From contig NC_058375.1 of the NCBI RefSeq assembly GCF_018350175.1, forward strand, positions 202,554,001 through 202,618,000: a stretch of 64,000 bases of DNA, read 5' to 3'. The translations under genes were made by a program, and so were the position numbers. The DNA is from Felis catus. Taxonomy: Eukaryota. This document shows positions 1 through 12,800 of this stretch, one piece after another; the first letter of the stretch is position 1, and the number at the start of each line of letters is the position of its first letter. The notes beneath the pieces were generated by a model. It did not search any database. It worked only from the letters and a program-made list of their open reading frames with translations, and was not told the origin of the DNA.

Positions 1-815
1 TTAATCATCCAGTCATTGTGAGGTCTGGATTAGAGATTCACACCAGCCCCCAAGTCCTCTGCATTTCACACTACCTTGTACTTTAACTCTAGTGTCGCTG
101 CTGAGCCAGGCTGAGGACAGATGCTGAAATAAACCTGCTTCTAGGAACAGGCTTAGTGGGGGGCAGTCCTCCCTCTATAGGTAGACCAAGGGACTTGGCA
201 AGAAGGAGCAAGGCAGAGGCCAAGACGGGTTCAAGGACAGAGAGAAAACAGACCTGGCCCATTTCAGAATCACGCAGTGAAAATGGAAGGAGACAAAGGA
301 GAGGCAGACGTCTGAGAGGGAACAGGGCAGATCAAGAGGACAACCTGGAAATGGTAAGTCAGGGACGTGGACGAGTCTATAAGCTAGTAATCACTCTGTT
401 TAACATGCTTTAGAGAGCATCAGGCACAACAGCACATGCAGGTAGATACAACTGTTTTGAGGGCATTGAAAGAAAACAGACTTGACAGCAAGAAGAAAGG
501 GGACGACAGAATGGGTAAAACCAGCATCTTAGAGCCAGGGACTTTGGGGGAGGGATGGTGAAGAAAGCAGGAACTCATGGGTTAAAAACACAGTGTGCCG
601 CGACAGGAAATCAATTTGTGGTCCATGTTGCTCTTTTATATATATGGCCATCAACTTCAAAGTACTAGAGCCTGAGTCCCAGGAGGCCTGCAGCCCCCTC
701 CCCGGGCGCCTCAAAGCTAGCCCCTCCTCTGGCCTTGAGCTCCAGGCTCGCTCTGCCTCCAGTCAGTCTGCACTGCACGTCTTGGACCACACCCTCCAAG
801 AGGTGGGGTAGGCTC

Positions 816-3800
816 TCAGCCCTCTGGTCCAGTTGGAGGAGCAGCAGGAGCAGGGGGGCTGGGGTCCTCCAACTGCACGTCATGCAGGTGCACTGTGGGG
901 GTGGTGGGGTCTTTGCCCACTCCTTGGTTTGGGTCGGCCTGGTCGGGGTGGTGCCTGCGCACATGCTTAACCACCTGGAACTTCTGCTTGGCCTTGTAGC
1001 TGCAGAGGCGGCAGAAGAAGGGGTGGCGGTCGGTGTGGGTGAGGGCGTGATGGCGCAGGCCGGCAGCCCAGCGGAAAGCACGGTGGCACACGTTGCACAC
1101 ATAGGGTTTGGCCTCGCTGTGCTTGCGGAGGTGGGTGCGCAGTAGGAAGCGGGTCTTGAAGGCCTTGCCACACTGCTCGCACATGAAGGCCCGGGCTTCC
1201 CGGTGCCGCGTCTCCTGGTGCACACGCAGAGCATCAGCCCGGTTGGTACAGTATTCACACTCGGGACACTGGTATGGCTTCAGTCCTGGGGGACAGGGCG
1301 AGGACAAGTAACAAATTACTGCTGAAGGGAGTCAAACAATGCTCAGTGTGCCGGAAGAGTCGCCGTGATCCCGGGACACAAAGAACACAAGCAGCATGGT
1401 GACTAACGACTGCAACTTTGGAATGTTCCAGTCTCCTCTGACATTTCTATGCCCTTCTCCCAAAACAGCCCCTTGTATACAGCGGGTGCTCAATGGGTGC
1501 TGATAACCGATTCCCAAGTAGCCACCTGACAGCAACAAATATTCACTCAAATATGACAGGGTTTCCAAATGGGAGATTCTAACCCCCTTTTGATCATGGG
1601 GTCCTCATGCAACTTGGAAATCCATTTAAATACAACTCCTTGTCCAACCCAAATAGGAAAATAAAATGTTTAAGAAGGAAGAGCTAGAGGCAAAAGAAGT
1701 GTCATTCATAGATGCAGAGTGCCTTGAAATGCATCTGGTTACTTCCTTTACATGAGGGGATCATACACAGTAATCACAAGCACGGCATCATTAAGTCTTT
1801 CCTGAGAAGCCATAGTTCATGGACTCCGTACCCAGAAGAAAAAAAAGAAGTCAAAACAAGTGAACCCTTCACATTTTCTCTGTTACCCATAACAGCCCAT
1901 CGTGTCTGCAGGAACCAAGGAGACCTCCTTCAGTCACATGTTTGAGTTCTCAATGGGAGGTGGGTAACCTAGGGCCATGAAGCTTTTACACAGTGCAGAT
2001 GCACAGGCTCCCAGGTTCACCTCTCTTCTGATTCTGATAGGTCTTCAGTGGGCAGGGAAGCTATTCTGGCCATTCAGCCTCCCTCCCTCCTACCACCAAT
2101 GTGAAAAGCTGATGTGCACCCTGAACCTAAGGACACCCACAACCTCGAGGAGGCTGGGTGTGCCAGAGAATGGGGGAACCCCTTGGGCCTGTCGAAACCG
2201 CACAGACTCACCTGTGTGCTTGGTCATGTGGTACTTGAGCTGGTTGACCCACTTGCACTTGTAGCCACAGTCAGGGCACAGATACTTGCGTTCTTCCTTG
2301 TGGATCCGCATATGGTACTGGAGGGGGGAAGAGCAGAGTATGCCCAGAAAATGCGTACCCTTGACACTCAAAGGATGAGCTCCCATCCCGGCCATACTTC
2401 TGTTACCAAGCAGGCTCCCCAGTCTGGCCATGTGGACACCAACCTAACCCACTGGGCCTACCTCTTGGTCTGCCCTATCTCAGCTCTGCCACCTACTACC
2501 TGTGTCTTTGGGGGCTTAACCTCTACCTCACAGTTTATTAACCTGTGAAATCAACTGCAGAAGAAATAGCAAAAGCAACTCTATCTTGTGTTTTGGAAGG
2601 ACTAAAATTAGTATCCAGCATACAATAAGTGCTCAATAAATGTTAGCCATTATCACGGAGATTACCACCCAACTATTACCTGCCTTCATCACATACCAAG
2701 CACGTATGACGGAATTTTATCTGTTAACAACTCTGTGCAGTATTCTCTTCCTTTTACACACGAGGTATCTGAGGCTTGGAGAAGTTAGGGGGCTTGACGA
2801 AAGTCCCAGAGCTCATAGCTGCGAGTTGGGATCAGGGAAGTCCCCAGGGCCCCAACCTTACCTTGAGTCGAGAAGGGTCAGCACAGGCATAGGGACAGAG
2901 GTGACAGCGGTAGGGCTTTTCCCCGGTGTGGATGCGGCTGTGCCAGGTGATCTTCTGCCGGTTCTTGGTGCTGTAAGCACAGTCGGTGCACTTGTAGAGC
3001 CGGGTGCCCCCGTGCCCTTTCACGTGGTGGTCCAGCACGAGCTGATGGCGGCACGTAAAGTCACAAAAGGGGCAGCGCAGGGGGGGCTGGCTGGCACCTG
3101 CACCGCCCTCCGAGGCCGCTGCCGCCTCATGCTGTTCCAAGTAGTGCTTCACCAGGCCCGCCCGCTCCCGGGCAGCGAAGTCACAGAGCTGGCAGCGGTG
3201 GCTGAAATGCTGCTGTCTCCGGTGCTCATCCAGTGCCGGCCGGCTGGGGAAGGCCTCCTGGCAGGCCCCGCACTCCAGCCGCGGATGCTGTTTCCGGGTG
3301 TGTCCTCGCAGGCTGGCGGGGCTGGGGCACAGCAACCCACAGCGGGAGCAGTGCAGGGGGCCCTCGGTGGCCTCTGCAGGAGAGCCGGGGGCGGGGGGTG
3401 CAGGCTCAGGATGTCGGCGCAGGGCATGCTGCTTGAGTGCCGTCTCGGAACTGAACTGGGCCTCACACCGGGGGCAGGCAAAGGCAGGAGTGCCCCGGTG
3501 GCAACTGTTGACGTGGCGAGTGATGTCATGGCGAAGGTAGCCACTGTAGTCACAGAGGGGACAGAAGTGGGTGGGTGTTTTGTCATGTACCCTTAGCCGG
3601 TGCAAGCGCAGTTTTGAGTTGGTACCAAATGTCTGGGGACAGGAGCTGCAGGGGATGCGGCCAACACCTGTGTGTCGCGACTGGTGCGCCTCCAACCGGT
3701 ACCGTCTGGTGGTGGAAAAGTCACAGAAGGGGCACTGGTGCGGCTTCACTCCCTCGTGCTTGAGCCGCCGGTGCTGCTGTAGGCACCGGCCCTGCTTACA

Positions 3801-6800
3801 GGTGAAGCCACAGTCCCCGCACTGCAGAGGGGGCCGGGGCCCGCGGGCGGGAGCCGTGCTAGGGTGCCTCCGCTTCTGGTGTAGCCTCAGGGCGGCAGCG
3901 GCAGCAGTGGTGAACGTGCAGAGGCCGCAGTGCAGCTCGCCGGACCCCTCGAGGGGGCAGCCCCGGGTCTGGTGAGTCCTCAGAGCCCGCTCCTGCTGGC
4001 AGCTGAAGGGACACGTGGGGCAGGAGAAGCGCGCCCCCTTCTGCTTTGGCACCGCAGTCGTGTCCCCATTCCCAGGGCTGCGCTCTGTGCTGCCGCTGTT
4101 TAGGGGAGCAGAGCCTCCATCACTCAGGACGGATGCAACGGGCTGGGTCTGGGCGGCCCCCCGCTTTCCTCCCCCGCCACGTCCCCCCCGGCAGCCTTCG
4201 GCCACGTGAGAGGTAATGGAGGAGAGCCGAGAACAGAGGAACGTGCAGGAGTTGCAGTGAAACTTGCCCTGCTCAAAGTGGAACTTCTCAGGCGTCTCTG
4301 CGGGTGAGGGGTTTCCTGCAGGAGGGACTGTAGGGACACACAGTGTGCCAGGAGGCTCCTCTACTTCCGGCTCCCTGGGAGGCACAGAGGGAGCATCTTT
4401 TGGGAGCACCAGCTCTACTTCTAATGGCGCAGGTGGGGGCTTCCCACCTTCCACATCCCCTGAGTCCTGGGTGCCCGGGGGCGGAGGACACAGAGGGACG
4501 GGTGAACTTGGTCTGGGTAAGCCCTTGTTCTTTCTGAGCAGAACAGGGCACTTCTTCAGCAGGTGGGTGCTGAGGCCACGCTGTTGCTTGAAGCTAGCCC
4601 CACACTCAGGGCACAGCAGGGGCTCTCGGCGGCCCTGGCACCCAGTCCTGGAGTGCACACTCAGGGCCTTCTCCCGGCGGGTGATAAAAGGGCAGTGCGG
4701 GCAGCGGAAGGCCCGCCCCTCTCCCTGTATCACAACCATCTGAACCCGCCCCTCCAGCACCAGAGCCTCTGCTTGCTCTTTGTCCTGTCTCCGCAGGGCC
4801 TTGAGTAAGGACTCTGACTCTGGGAACTGGGGGAGGGGAGCGGTCTCAGCAGGCAGAGCTGCCTTGAAGGTTCCCACCCAGCTGTCAGGGGGCTCCTCTG
4901 AGGAAGGGGGGTTTCTGGGGCTTTCAGGGGCTGGCTTTTCCAGAACGGGCTCTTCTTCAGCATCCAAACCAGACGTCCCAGCACCTTCAAAGGTAGACAG
5001 CTCTGTCAAAGTTGCATCTGGCCCTTCCAGTCTCAGGGGCCCCGAGGGGTCCAGGGGCCTGAACTCCGCAGGGGCGGGTTCAGTGATCTCCTCAAGGGGC
5101 GGCTCAGCCACGGGCTCCAGCTCCACCCCCAGGGCCTCGAGGTGCAGCGTGCAGCCACCTTCATCTGCCTCGGCCGGACTGGGGCTGCTACCCAGGTCGT
5201 CCCCCCGCGGAACCTCGCTGCCAGCCGGTCTCCCGGCGCGGTCCTCCTCACCGGGCTCCGGCGGGGCCCGGTCCACGTTGGGGTCCACCACAGTCCCGGG
5301 GTCACGGTCTGGCGCCTCAGGCTGGGGAGACAGCTGGCTCGAGGGCTCTGAGTCTGGCGGGGGTGTCGGGCACTGCCTGGCCCCCTCCGGTTCCTGGCTG
5401 GCAGAGCGGAGCTGCCACACCTGGTCCCCGGGCACGTAGCCGTGGGCCTTGCGCTTGTGGAAGAAGAGGGTGGTGTTGCTGAAGGTGCGGTAGTCGCAGA
5501 GGGCACAGCGGAACTCCCGGAGGCGGGTGTGCTTGCAGTTCTCGTGGCTCAGCAGGGCCTGCTTGTGGCGGCTCTGGTAGCTGCAGTAGCGGCAGGGATA
5601 GAGCGGGGCCGGCGCGCCCGGGTGGTGCTGGGAGGCCATGTGCTTCTGCAGCTCATACTTCCGCTTGCAAGCGAAAGCACACACCTCACACATCAGGGAC
5701 TTGCCCTGGTGGCGCAGCTTGTGGCTGCTCAGCTGGTCAGCCCGGTGGCAGCGGTACGAGCACTGGTTGCACTGGTATCTGGCGAGGACAGGGGTGGGGG
5801 TGGGGGGCAAAATCACAATTATCAATCTCCCTTGACAGGTAAACGAGCACTTACCACGGACAAGGCTCTACACTCGGTACCGTACACGCATCATCTAATT
5901 TATTCTTTTTTTCCACTGCCCTGTGACGTAGGTATCTATTTGCAAGTGAGGTCACTAAAGCACGGAAATTAATAACTTGCCTAAGGTTAAAAAGGAAGTG
6001 AAGGGCAGGGACAGCCTAGCTTCAGGGCCTGTGTTCCAACCCCTCCTCTGTATCGCTTCCCAAAGGGAAGAGAGCATAAATCAGCAACCTGCTGTGGACT
6101 CCGAAGGAGCTGACAGGGCTACAGCCTCACGGGGCAGGTTTCTGTGCCTAGGTCCCATTCTCCCGTGGAGGCATGGAAGCTAGGAGAAACCCCCTGGCCA
6201 GCTGTGCCACAGCTCAGCGGGAAACATGCCTGGGTTGGGGTCACAGGTGCAGCCTCCCTACTTTCCCAGGACCGGACTCAGAACCCAAGGGACACCTTCG
6301 TGTGTAGGCCTGCGCTCCCTCCCCTGAGCCCAGACAGCTCTCACCATGCACACTGGGCCACAGGCACAGAGGCCAGCTACAGGCAATGGAGCTGAGGCGA
6401 GAGGAGCAGAGAGGGACAATAGGAGGAGTCGCTCTGGGGCCAGGAGAGCAAGGTGAGTTCAAGAGGAGGCTAGCCTGGCATAAGGTCCTTGGGAACAAGG
6501 ACAGAGGCATGCGTGTGCTCATACCTGAGGTCCCCTGCATGTTTCCGCATGTGCACACTGAGGTAGTGCTTCCACTTGGTGACATAGCCACACTCGGTGC
6601 ACATGTAATCCTTGGTGTTGGAGTGGGTCAGCATGTGCTTGGACAGGTAGCTCACGTCCCGGCACGTGAAGTCACACAGCTCACACTTGTGAGGTTTCTC
6701 GCCTTATGGGGGAGTGGAGGTGGGAGAGGGGAGAGGACACAGGTCAGACATGGACCGAGCGAGCACAGACCATCTTCCCCAGCAAGCTTGCCCTGATGCC

Positions 6801-9800
6801 AAGCAGAACGAAAGCTTCACGCGCGGCCCACGGCGTGGCTGACAAGTCAGTGCTGCTCCCAGCCCTCGCAGACGATTTCTCCACTCCGACACGGAGCAAG
6901 CCCCGGCAGAAAGTGAAGACCATGCTTTCCAAAACCAGCTTGGAAGTCTACCCTTAATTTGTTGTGGAGCTTGTTGGCACTGGCTCCACTTACCCTAGTT
7001 CCTTCCAGTTTTGTGGAAGAGGAGAAAAAAATCAGGCAATACAAGAAGTAGTTAAGAATTTGAGGGGCGCCTGGGTGGCGCAGTCGGTTAAGCGTCCGAC
7101 TTCAGCCAGGTCACGATCTTGCGGTCCGTGAGTTCGAGCCCCGCGTCAGGCTCTGGGCTGATGGCTCGGAGCCTGGAGCCTGTTTCCAATTCTGTGTCTC
7201 CCTCTCTCTCTGCCCCTCCCCCGTTCATGCTCTGTCTCTCTCTGTCCCAAAAAAAAATAAAAAAAATAAAAAATAAATAAAAAAAAAAAGAATTTGAACT
7301 CTGAAATCCGACACGGTAACAAAGACGTCAATAGCCAACATGTATAGAATGCTCATTATGTACCAGGTCCCCTCGTACTGACTCCTCCCAACAGCCCCCG
7401 GAGGAGGACTGCCCCATTTTACAGAAAAAGAAGCCAAGGCAGAGAGAAACCACAGAGCTATCAAGTGGTGGTTCAGATCCCAGCTTACTACCGTATGGCT
7501 TTGGAGAGGTCATTTAACCCCTCCAAGTCTCAGTTTCCTTGGCTCCAAAGAGGGAGCAACAAAAATACTGACTGCTCATGGTTGACAGAAGATTAAATGA
7601 GATGTCCCAAAGTCCTCAGCAGTGCCCAGCAAGGACTCAAGGAAGAGCTGTCTGTGTAGTTGGTCAAGACCAGGTCCTTCAGGACCCTTCCCTGTGATCC
7701 CTGCCTACCAGCTCAGCCCACTTCCCCACGGTCAAAAGCAAGCAACGTGGTGGTCTGGCTCTGGTTCTGATACTAGCTGTGTGATCCTGAAACAGGCCAT
7801 TTAAGTGTTCAGTTTCTCTTTTTCACCTGTCTTCCTTACAAGATTGTTATTATGAATTAAATGAAGTGATCTATCTAAAAGAACTCTAAACTATAAAGCA
7901 CCATAGAGATGAAGATTTTAGGAAAGGCCGCAGAAAAACGAGGCTTGGTGACCAAAGCATGTGTAGAAATGACCTGTTCCAGGGAAACAATGGCTTTACC
8001 CCAAGCTACCTAAAACCTGGCCTCCCAAAAATCTTTGATGAGATTTTTTAAATATCTTATCAACCCACTGATTCTTGCCTAGAGAGCACAAATGGGGTGA
8101 TGCTGTAGGAGGAAGCCTGATGTGGCTGTGTCACTCAAAGCATCAGCAATGCTGGTAACCAATTTAGACTCTGGGTCGGCTGCCAAGGCTACAACATATG
8201 TAGATGGTTCAGTCCCCTCGCCCCATCTCTCATAGCACACCTCAAAACTCGAATTGCAAAGGAAGGTATCTCCCCCCGTCTGGGTTTCTTCGCTCTAATA
8301 GGCTGGGTACTGACCCAGGCAAGCCTGACGAAGGGCAAGCAGAACTGGACGGGGCCTTAACGGTGAGACACAGCAGCATAGCAGTGAGAGCACAGTCTTT
8401 GGCTCAGTGGCTTAACCACCGTACTAGCTGAGTGACACTCGGCTTAAGGCTTGATTTATATCTAGGAAGACTGGGTCCAACAAGACAATGCACGCAAGGC
8501 CCTTCCTGTGTCTTGTACACAGTAAAAGCTCACTTCTGTCGCCCCCTCCTCATCGCCACCCTTACGTTATGGGAAGCAGGGAAGCCAGCTCACCGGTGTG
8601 CAGCAGCATGTGGCGGATGAGCACCCTCTTGTGGGCGGTGGCAAAGCTGCACTCAGGGCACTGGTGGATCTTCTCGTGGGCGTGCATCTTGCCCACGTGG
8701 TCCTGGTAGGCCACCGGGTTGAAGGTGGCAAAGGGGCAGAAGGTGCAGCGCAGCTCTTCACTGCCGGGGTGGCCCTGCTTCTTGTGTTTGCGGAACAGGT
8801 GCTTATTGGAGCAGGCAAAGTCGCAGTGTGGGCAGTGGAAGGCGTAGTGGCTTTTGTGATGGGCCTCCATGGCTTCGGCCGTGGCGAAGAGCATGGGACA
8901 AGAGTGATGGCGGCACTCCACGGCCCGCACACCATGGGTCTCCTTCAGGTGCTTTATGAAGGCCTTGCGGTCGGGGGCCGTGTAGCCGCAGCCTTCCTGA
9001 AAGCAGCGGAGGGGCAGCGGCTCTGCCGCCGCCGCTGCCGTGTGGCTCTTGAGGTGCTCCTTGAGGGCCTGGCTGAGGCGGAACTCCTCGCGGCACACGG
9101 GACAGGTGTAGGTGTCTGAGTAGAAGTTGGAGATGTCCTCGTGCATGCTGGCCATGTGGCGGTTGAGCGCGTTCCTCTCCACCGCACTGTAGTGGCACAG
9201 CGGGCAGCGGTGGGCCTTCTGGCCCAGCTCCCGCAGCAGATGGGTCTTGAGCTTGCTCTTGCTGGTGAAGAACTTCTGGCAGTTGGGGCACTGGAGGCTG
9301 GGGTCCGGGAAGTGGAGATGCAGGTGCTCCACCAGATGGGTCCGCTTCTTAAAGCAGCGCTTGCATTCTGGACACATGTGGGTCTTGAAGAGGGACTCGG
9401 TGCCAGAAGCCACATCCCCTGGGAGAGGGAAAGGCCCAGAAGGTAGCTCAGGGGCTGGCCAGATAATGGGAGAACCACAATCTGCCCAGACACAAACATC
9501 GTGTGGCCTTTCCCGTTTCTCTCCAGGAAACCGAAACAGTAGCACCTCAAACACTGTAGTCTCAAAGAAGAGACGAGAAATTCAAGTATTGAAGGAAGCA
9601 ACGTCACAAGGATTTCTCAAGCCTTGTGGCAAACCTATTTGAAGTGCTTTACCCAGCCACCTACTGTTCCTAAGCCTTTGTCTAGAGCTGCTCGAGAGAA
9701 CAATCCGGATGGACCATTCTTGTTCTTCCTTGTCCTCGTTCATGGAGGTAGGCAGTGGGATCAGCAGGGTTGGTTGGAAGGAAAAAAACCCCATGGAGTG

Positions 9801-12800
9801 TGGAAAAGGGAAGTGAAGAAGGTAAAGTACTCCCACTTCCTAACACTGGTTCACTGAGTTCTAGATCACAGAGAACTGGTCATAAATACAACCAGATCTT
9901 TTCTATTCTCTTGACAATAAATGTGCTCCCTGTGGGCTGGATGGGTTTCAAATGTTCTAGTGAGTTAGAAAACTGGGAAGTAGGGTTTCAGAAACAAAAT
10001 CTCAGTGGGCCCAATGCCAGACATGTCAGGCTGCTGATCAATAACCTCTAGCATCTTTGTATGATGAATATCACCCTCTCCTTCCCTGCAAAAAAGCTTT
10101 CTGCCCAAGGAAAACCAGCCCAGGAGAGCAAACTCTATTTACCCCGGCTCTGTTTCTACAGTCTTTACTCATTTATCATTTTCCCACTAGACATGTCAAA
10201 GTGGAAGGGTAGGAACAAAGGGATATGAATCAAAGCCCAGGAAACCAAACCCCAGAGCCTCAATGCCAGGCTCCCCTCAATCCATTCCTCCCCACCACCA
10301 GGAGGTTCAGCCTAACCATGTTATTACCTTCTAACTGCTGAGCCCCCTGGGCTTTCTCTGGGGCTTTCTGGGAGTCCTTTAAGGTGCCATTCCCCTCTTC
10401 TTCCTCTACATCCTCCTCGTCAGCTGACTCTCGCCTGGGCAAGGGCGTATCTGCTTGTTCTGAAGGCTCTCCCTCTCTACTGGGCAGTTTCGGAGCTGGA
10501 GACACATAACACTCGATGATGTCTATAGAAGCCAATGCCAGCAGTGAAGGCTTGGACTGCTCCTCTTACTGGCTGGCAGAATCACCCCCTCCCCATTTAG
10601 TGTAAGAGAATCTCGGATTCTAAGTCTATACATTTATTATCACTCAAGACAAGGACAGGAAGACCAAGAGCTAAGCTGTCATTAATGCTCCAACCTAGAG
10701 TAAATCAAACCTCAGATAACACCATCCTTAGACCCCTGAAAGGTAAGAGCTTTGAGATCACTGCAGTGGGGGTAGGGGACTGAGAGGGACAGAATGGGTA
10801 CAGAGCCCTTCCCTGGCTTGGGTTCCCAGGGCTAACGGCTGGTGGCTCAACGCAGGGTAACATAGTCTGTCCTCTTAACTGCTCTACTGAGAAGCCTGAT
10901 CAGCAAGACAGGGTCACACCAATCCAGCCCTTCTATCCCTCAACAAAGGGAGATGCCTCAGGAAGGCAAAGATACAAGACTATTTCCCAGGAAAAAGGGG
11001 TCTTCTCTTTGGGAACAAAGCACCAACAGGTCTTAGCAAGCCTAAGTCTCTCAGCAGAATCCTGACCTTCCAGGCCTGGTTTCTCTATTTTCTCCTGCTC
11101 TTCTATCCACCCCATGCCCGTTTTTTTGTTGTTGTTGTTGGTTTTTTGTTTGTCCTTACTGAGAGGAGTAAGGATCAGTGAGGCTCCACCCTCCTAGAAG
11201 GTTTCTTTTTAAAAGAATCCCGGCTTCTCTGGCCCAATCCCACGTGCTCTAAAAAGAAGTCTACAGGTATTCTACCAGTGGCTACGGCCACGGATGAACA
11301 TTTTAGCTTCTGCCCTCAGAAAGTTCTGAAATGAATCAAAAAAAGGATACTGGTTAAGGAACTTCAAGGCCACAGCACAACTAAAGCCAAATATCACTCA
11401 CTGTCATGGACAAAGACTTGCTCCTTGTCTTATATATTCTGACTGGTCCAGGGTTTCTAGATGCCTTCCACTGTCAGTCAGTAATGCTGGCCTCCTGAGC
11501 CACTGCTCCACGTTCCCTTGCATTCACATATACATTCATGGCACTGGAATCAACGGCCTGTCCTGTAAGACTGACCGTGGCTGCATTCCAGGCAAGGCAC
11601 TGCTGGGCCTTTGGCCTCATACCTGGCAGCAGCTCCTGGGATGGAAGGCCCTGAAGGGCAGACAGTTCTCCCTGTGTCCCGGCCCCGTGGCTCCGCTGAT
11701 GCTGCCGGAAGAGTTTGACGTTGGAGCCCACGAAGCTGCAATGGTTGCAGTGGAAAGGGTAGTGGGCCTGCCGGTGCAGCTCCATGCCCTGCTGGCTCCC
11801 AAAGAGCAGAGGGCAGCCCCGGAAAGAACAGGGCACGGGAACCGTGGCATGGGCCTGCCTCAGGTGGTGCTGCAGACCCTTGCGATCTTCAGCGGAGAAC
11901 ACACAGCCAGACTCTGGGCAGGAGAAGATGTCGGGAGTGGCCCGGTGAATCTTGAAGTGGCTCTTCAGGGCCTGGGGTTGGGCAAACTCCTGTCTACACA
12001 CAGGGCATGGCAGGGGGCTATCTGGTGGGCCCTGGCCCTGCAGAGGGCCAGAGAGAATGAGGTTGCTGGGGGTCAGCTCTACAGAGCATGGAAGGCTAGA
12101 GAGGCCCTGCATAGGCTGTATAAGGNNNNNNNNNNNNNNNNNNNNNNNNNNNNNNNNNNNNNNNNNNNNNNNNNNNNNNNNNNNNNNNNNNNNNNNNNNN
12201 NNNNNNNNNNNNNNNNNNNNNNNNNNNNNNNNNNNNNNNNNNNNNNNNNNNNNNNNNNNNNNNNNAATGAGACTCACAGGAGTTAGCTACTAGTAGAAAA
12301 TGTAGGTGAATCTTTTAATATTAGTAGAGTGGAGATGGACCTTAAGTCTGGTTCTATCCCTGGACAGTAAGCTCCATAAGGTCAGGGACAGTCTATTTAT
12401 TTGCACATACATTTGGATTCCCACTATCAAGCGCTCGCTTCGGCAGCACATATACTAAAGTTGGATTCCCAGTATCTGGCCCAACATTTGGCACAAAATA
12501 GGTATTTAATATTTGCTAAATAAATACAACAAGCATTAACCAATCAGGAAAGCATTAGGAAAAGGCAATACGTTTTGCCCAAATGAAAAATTACGAACTT
12601 CCAAAAGAAGTAAACGACAATCTGTGGATAACATCTATAGTATAAACGACAAAGTATTACTTTCACATTCTGTAAAGAGATTTTTCAAAGGCACAGTAAT
12701 TTACAAAATGGAAAACATCCGTTTCCAAAAGACCCAAATCACGTTTACAGTAATCACTGCTATTTCTTAAGCAACGGGCAGGACCTTGACAAAGGTGTAG

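Noticed and set aside
1-815. Possible PLCD4 3' end (expected neighbour by synteny) or ZNF142 poly(A) site
   Set aside because: No PLCD4 coding sequence or canonical signal recognisable; treated as unannotated ZNF142 3' UTR.
2640-5972. Long + strand ORFs (318, 219, 176 aa and others) opposite ZNF142
   Set aside because: Antisense shadows of a GC-rich coding exon with no recognisable domains.
7325-7640. Opposed MIR fragments as a possible miRNA-like hairpin
   Set aside because: Too diverged for extended pairing by eye.
10062-10068. ATGATGA C-box-like motif suggesting a C/D snoRNA
   Set aside because: On the strand opposite the host gene, with no convincing D box or terminal stem.
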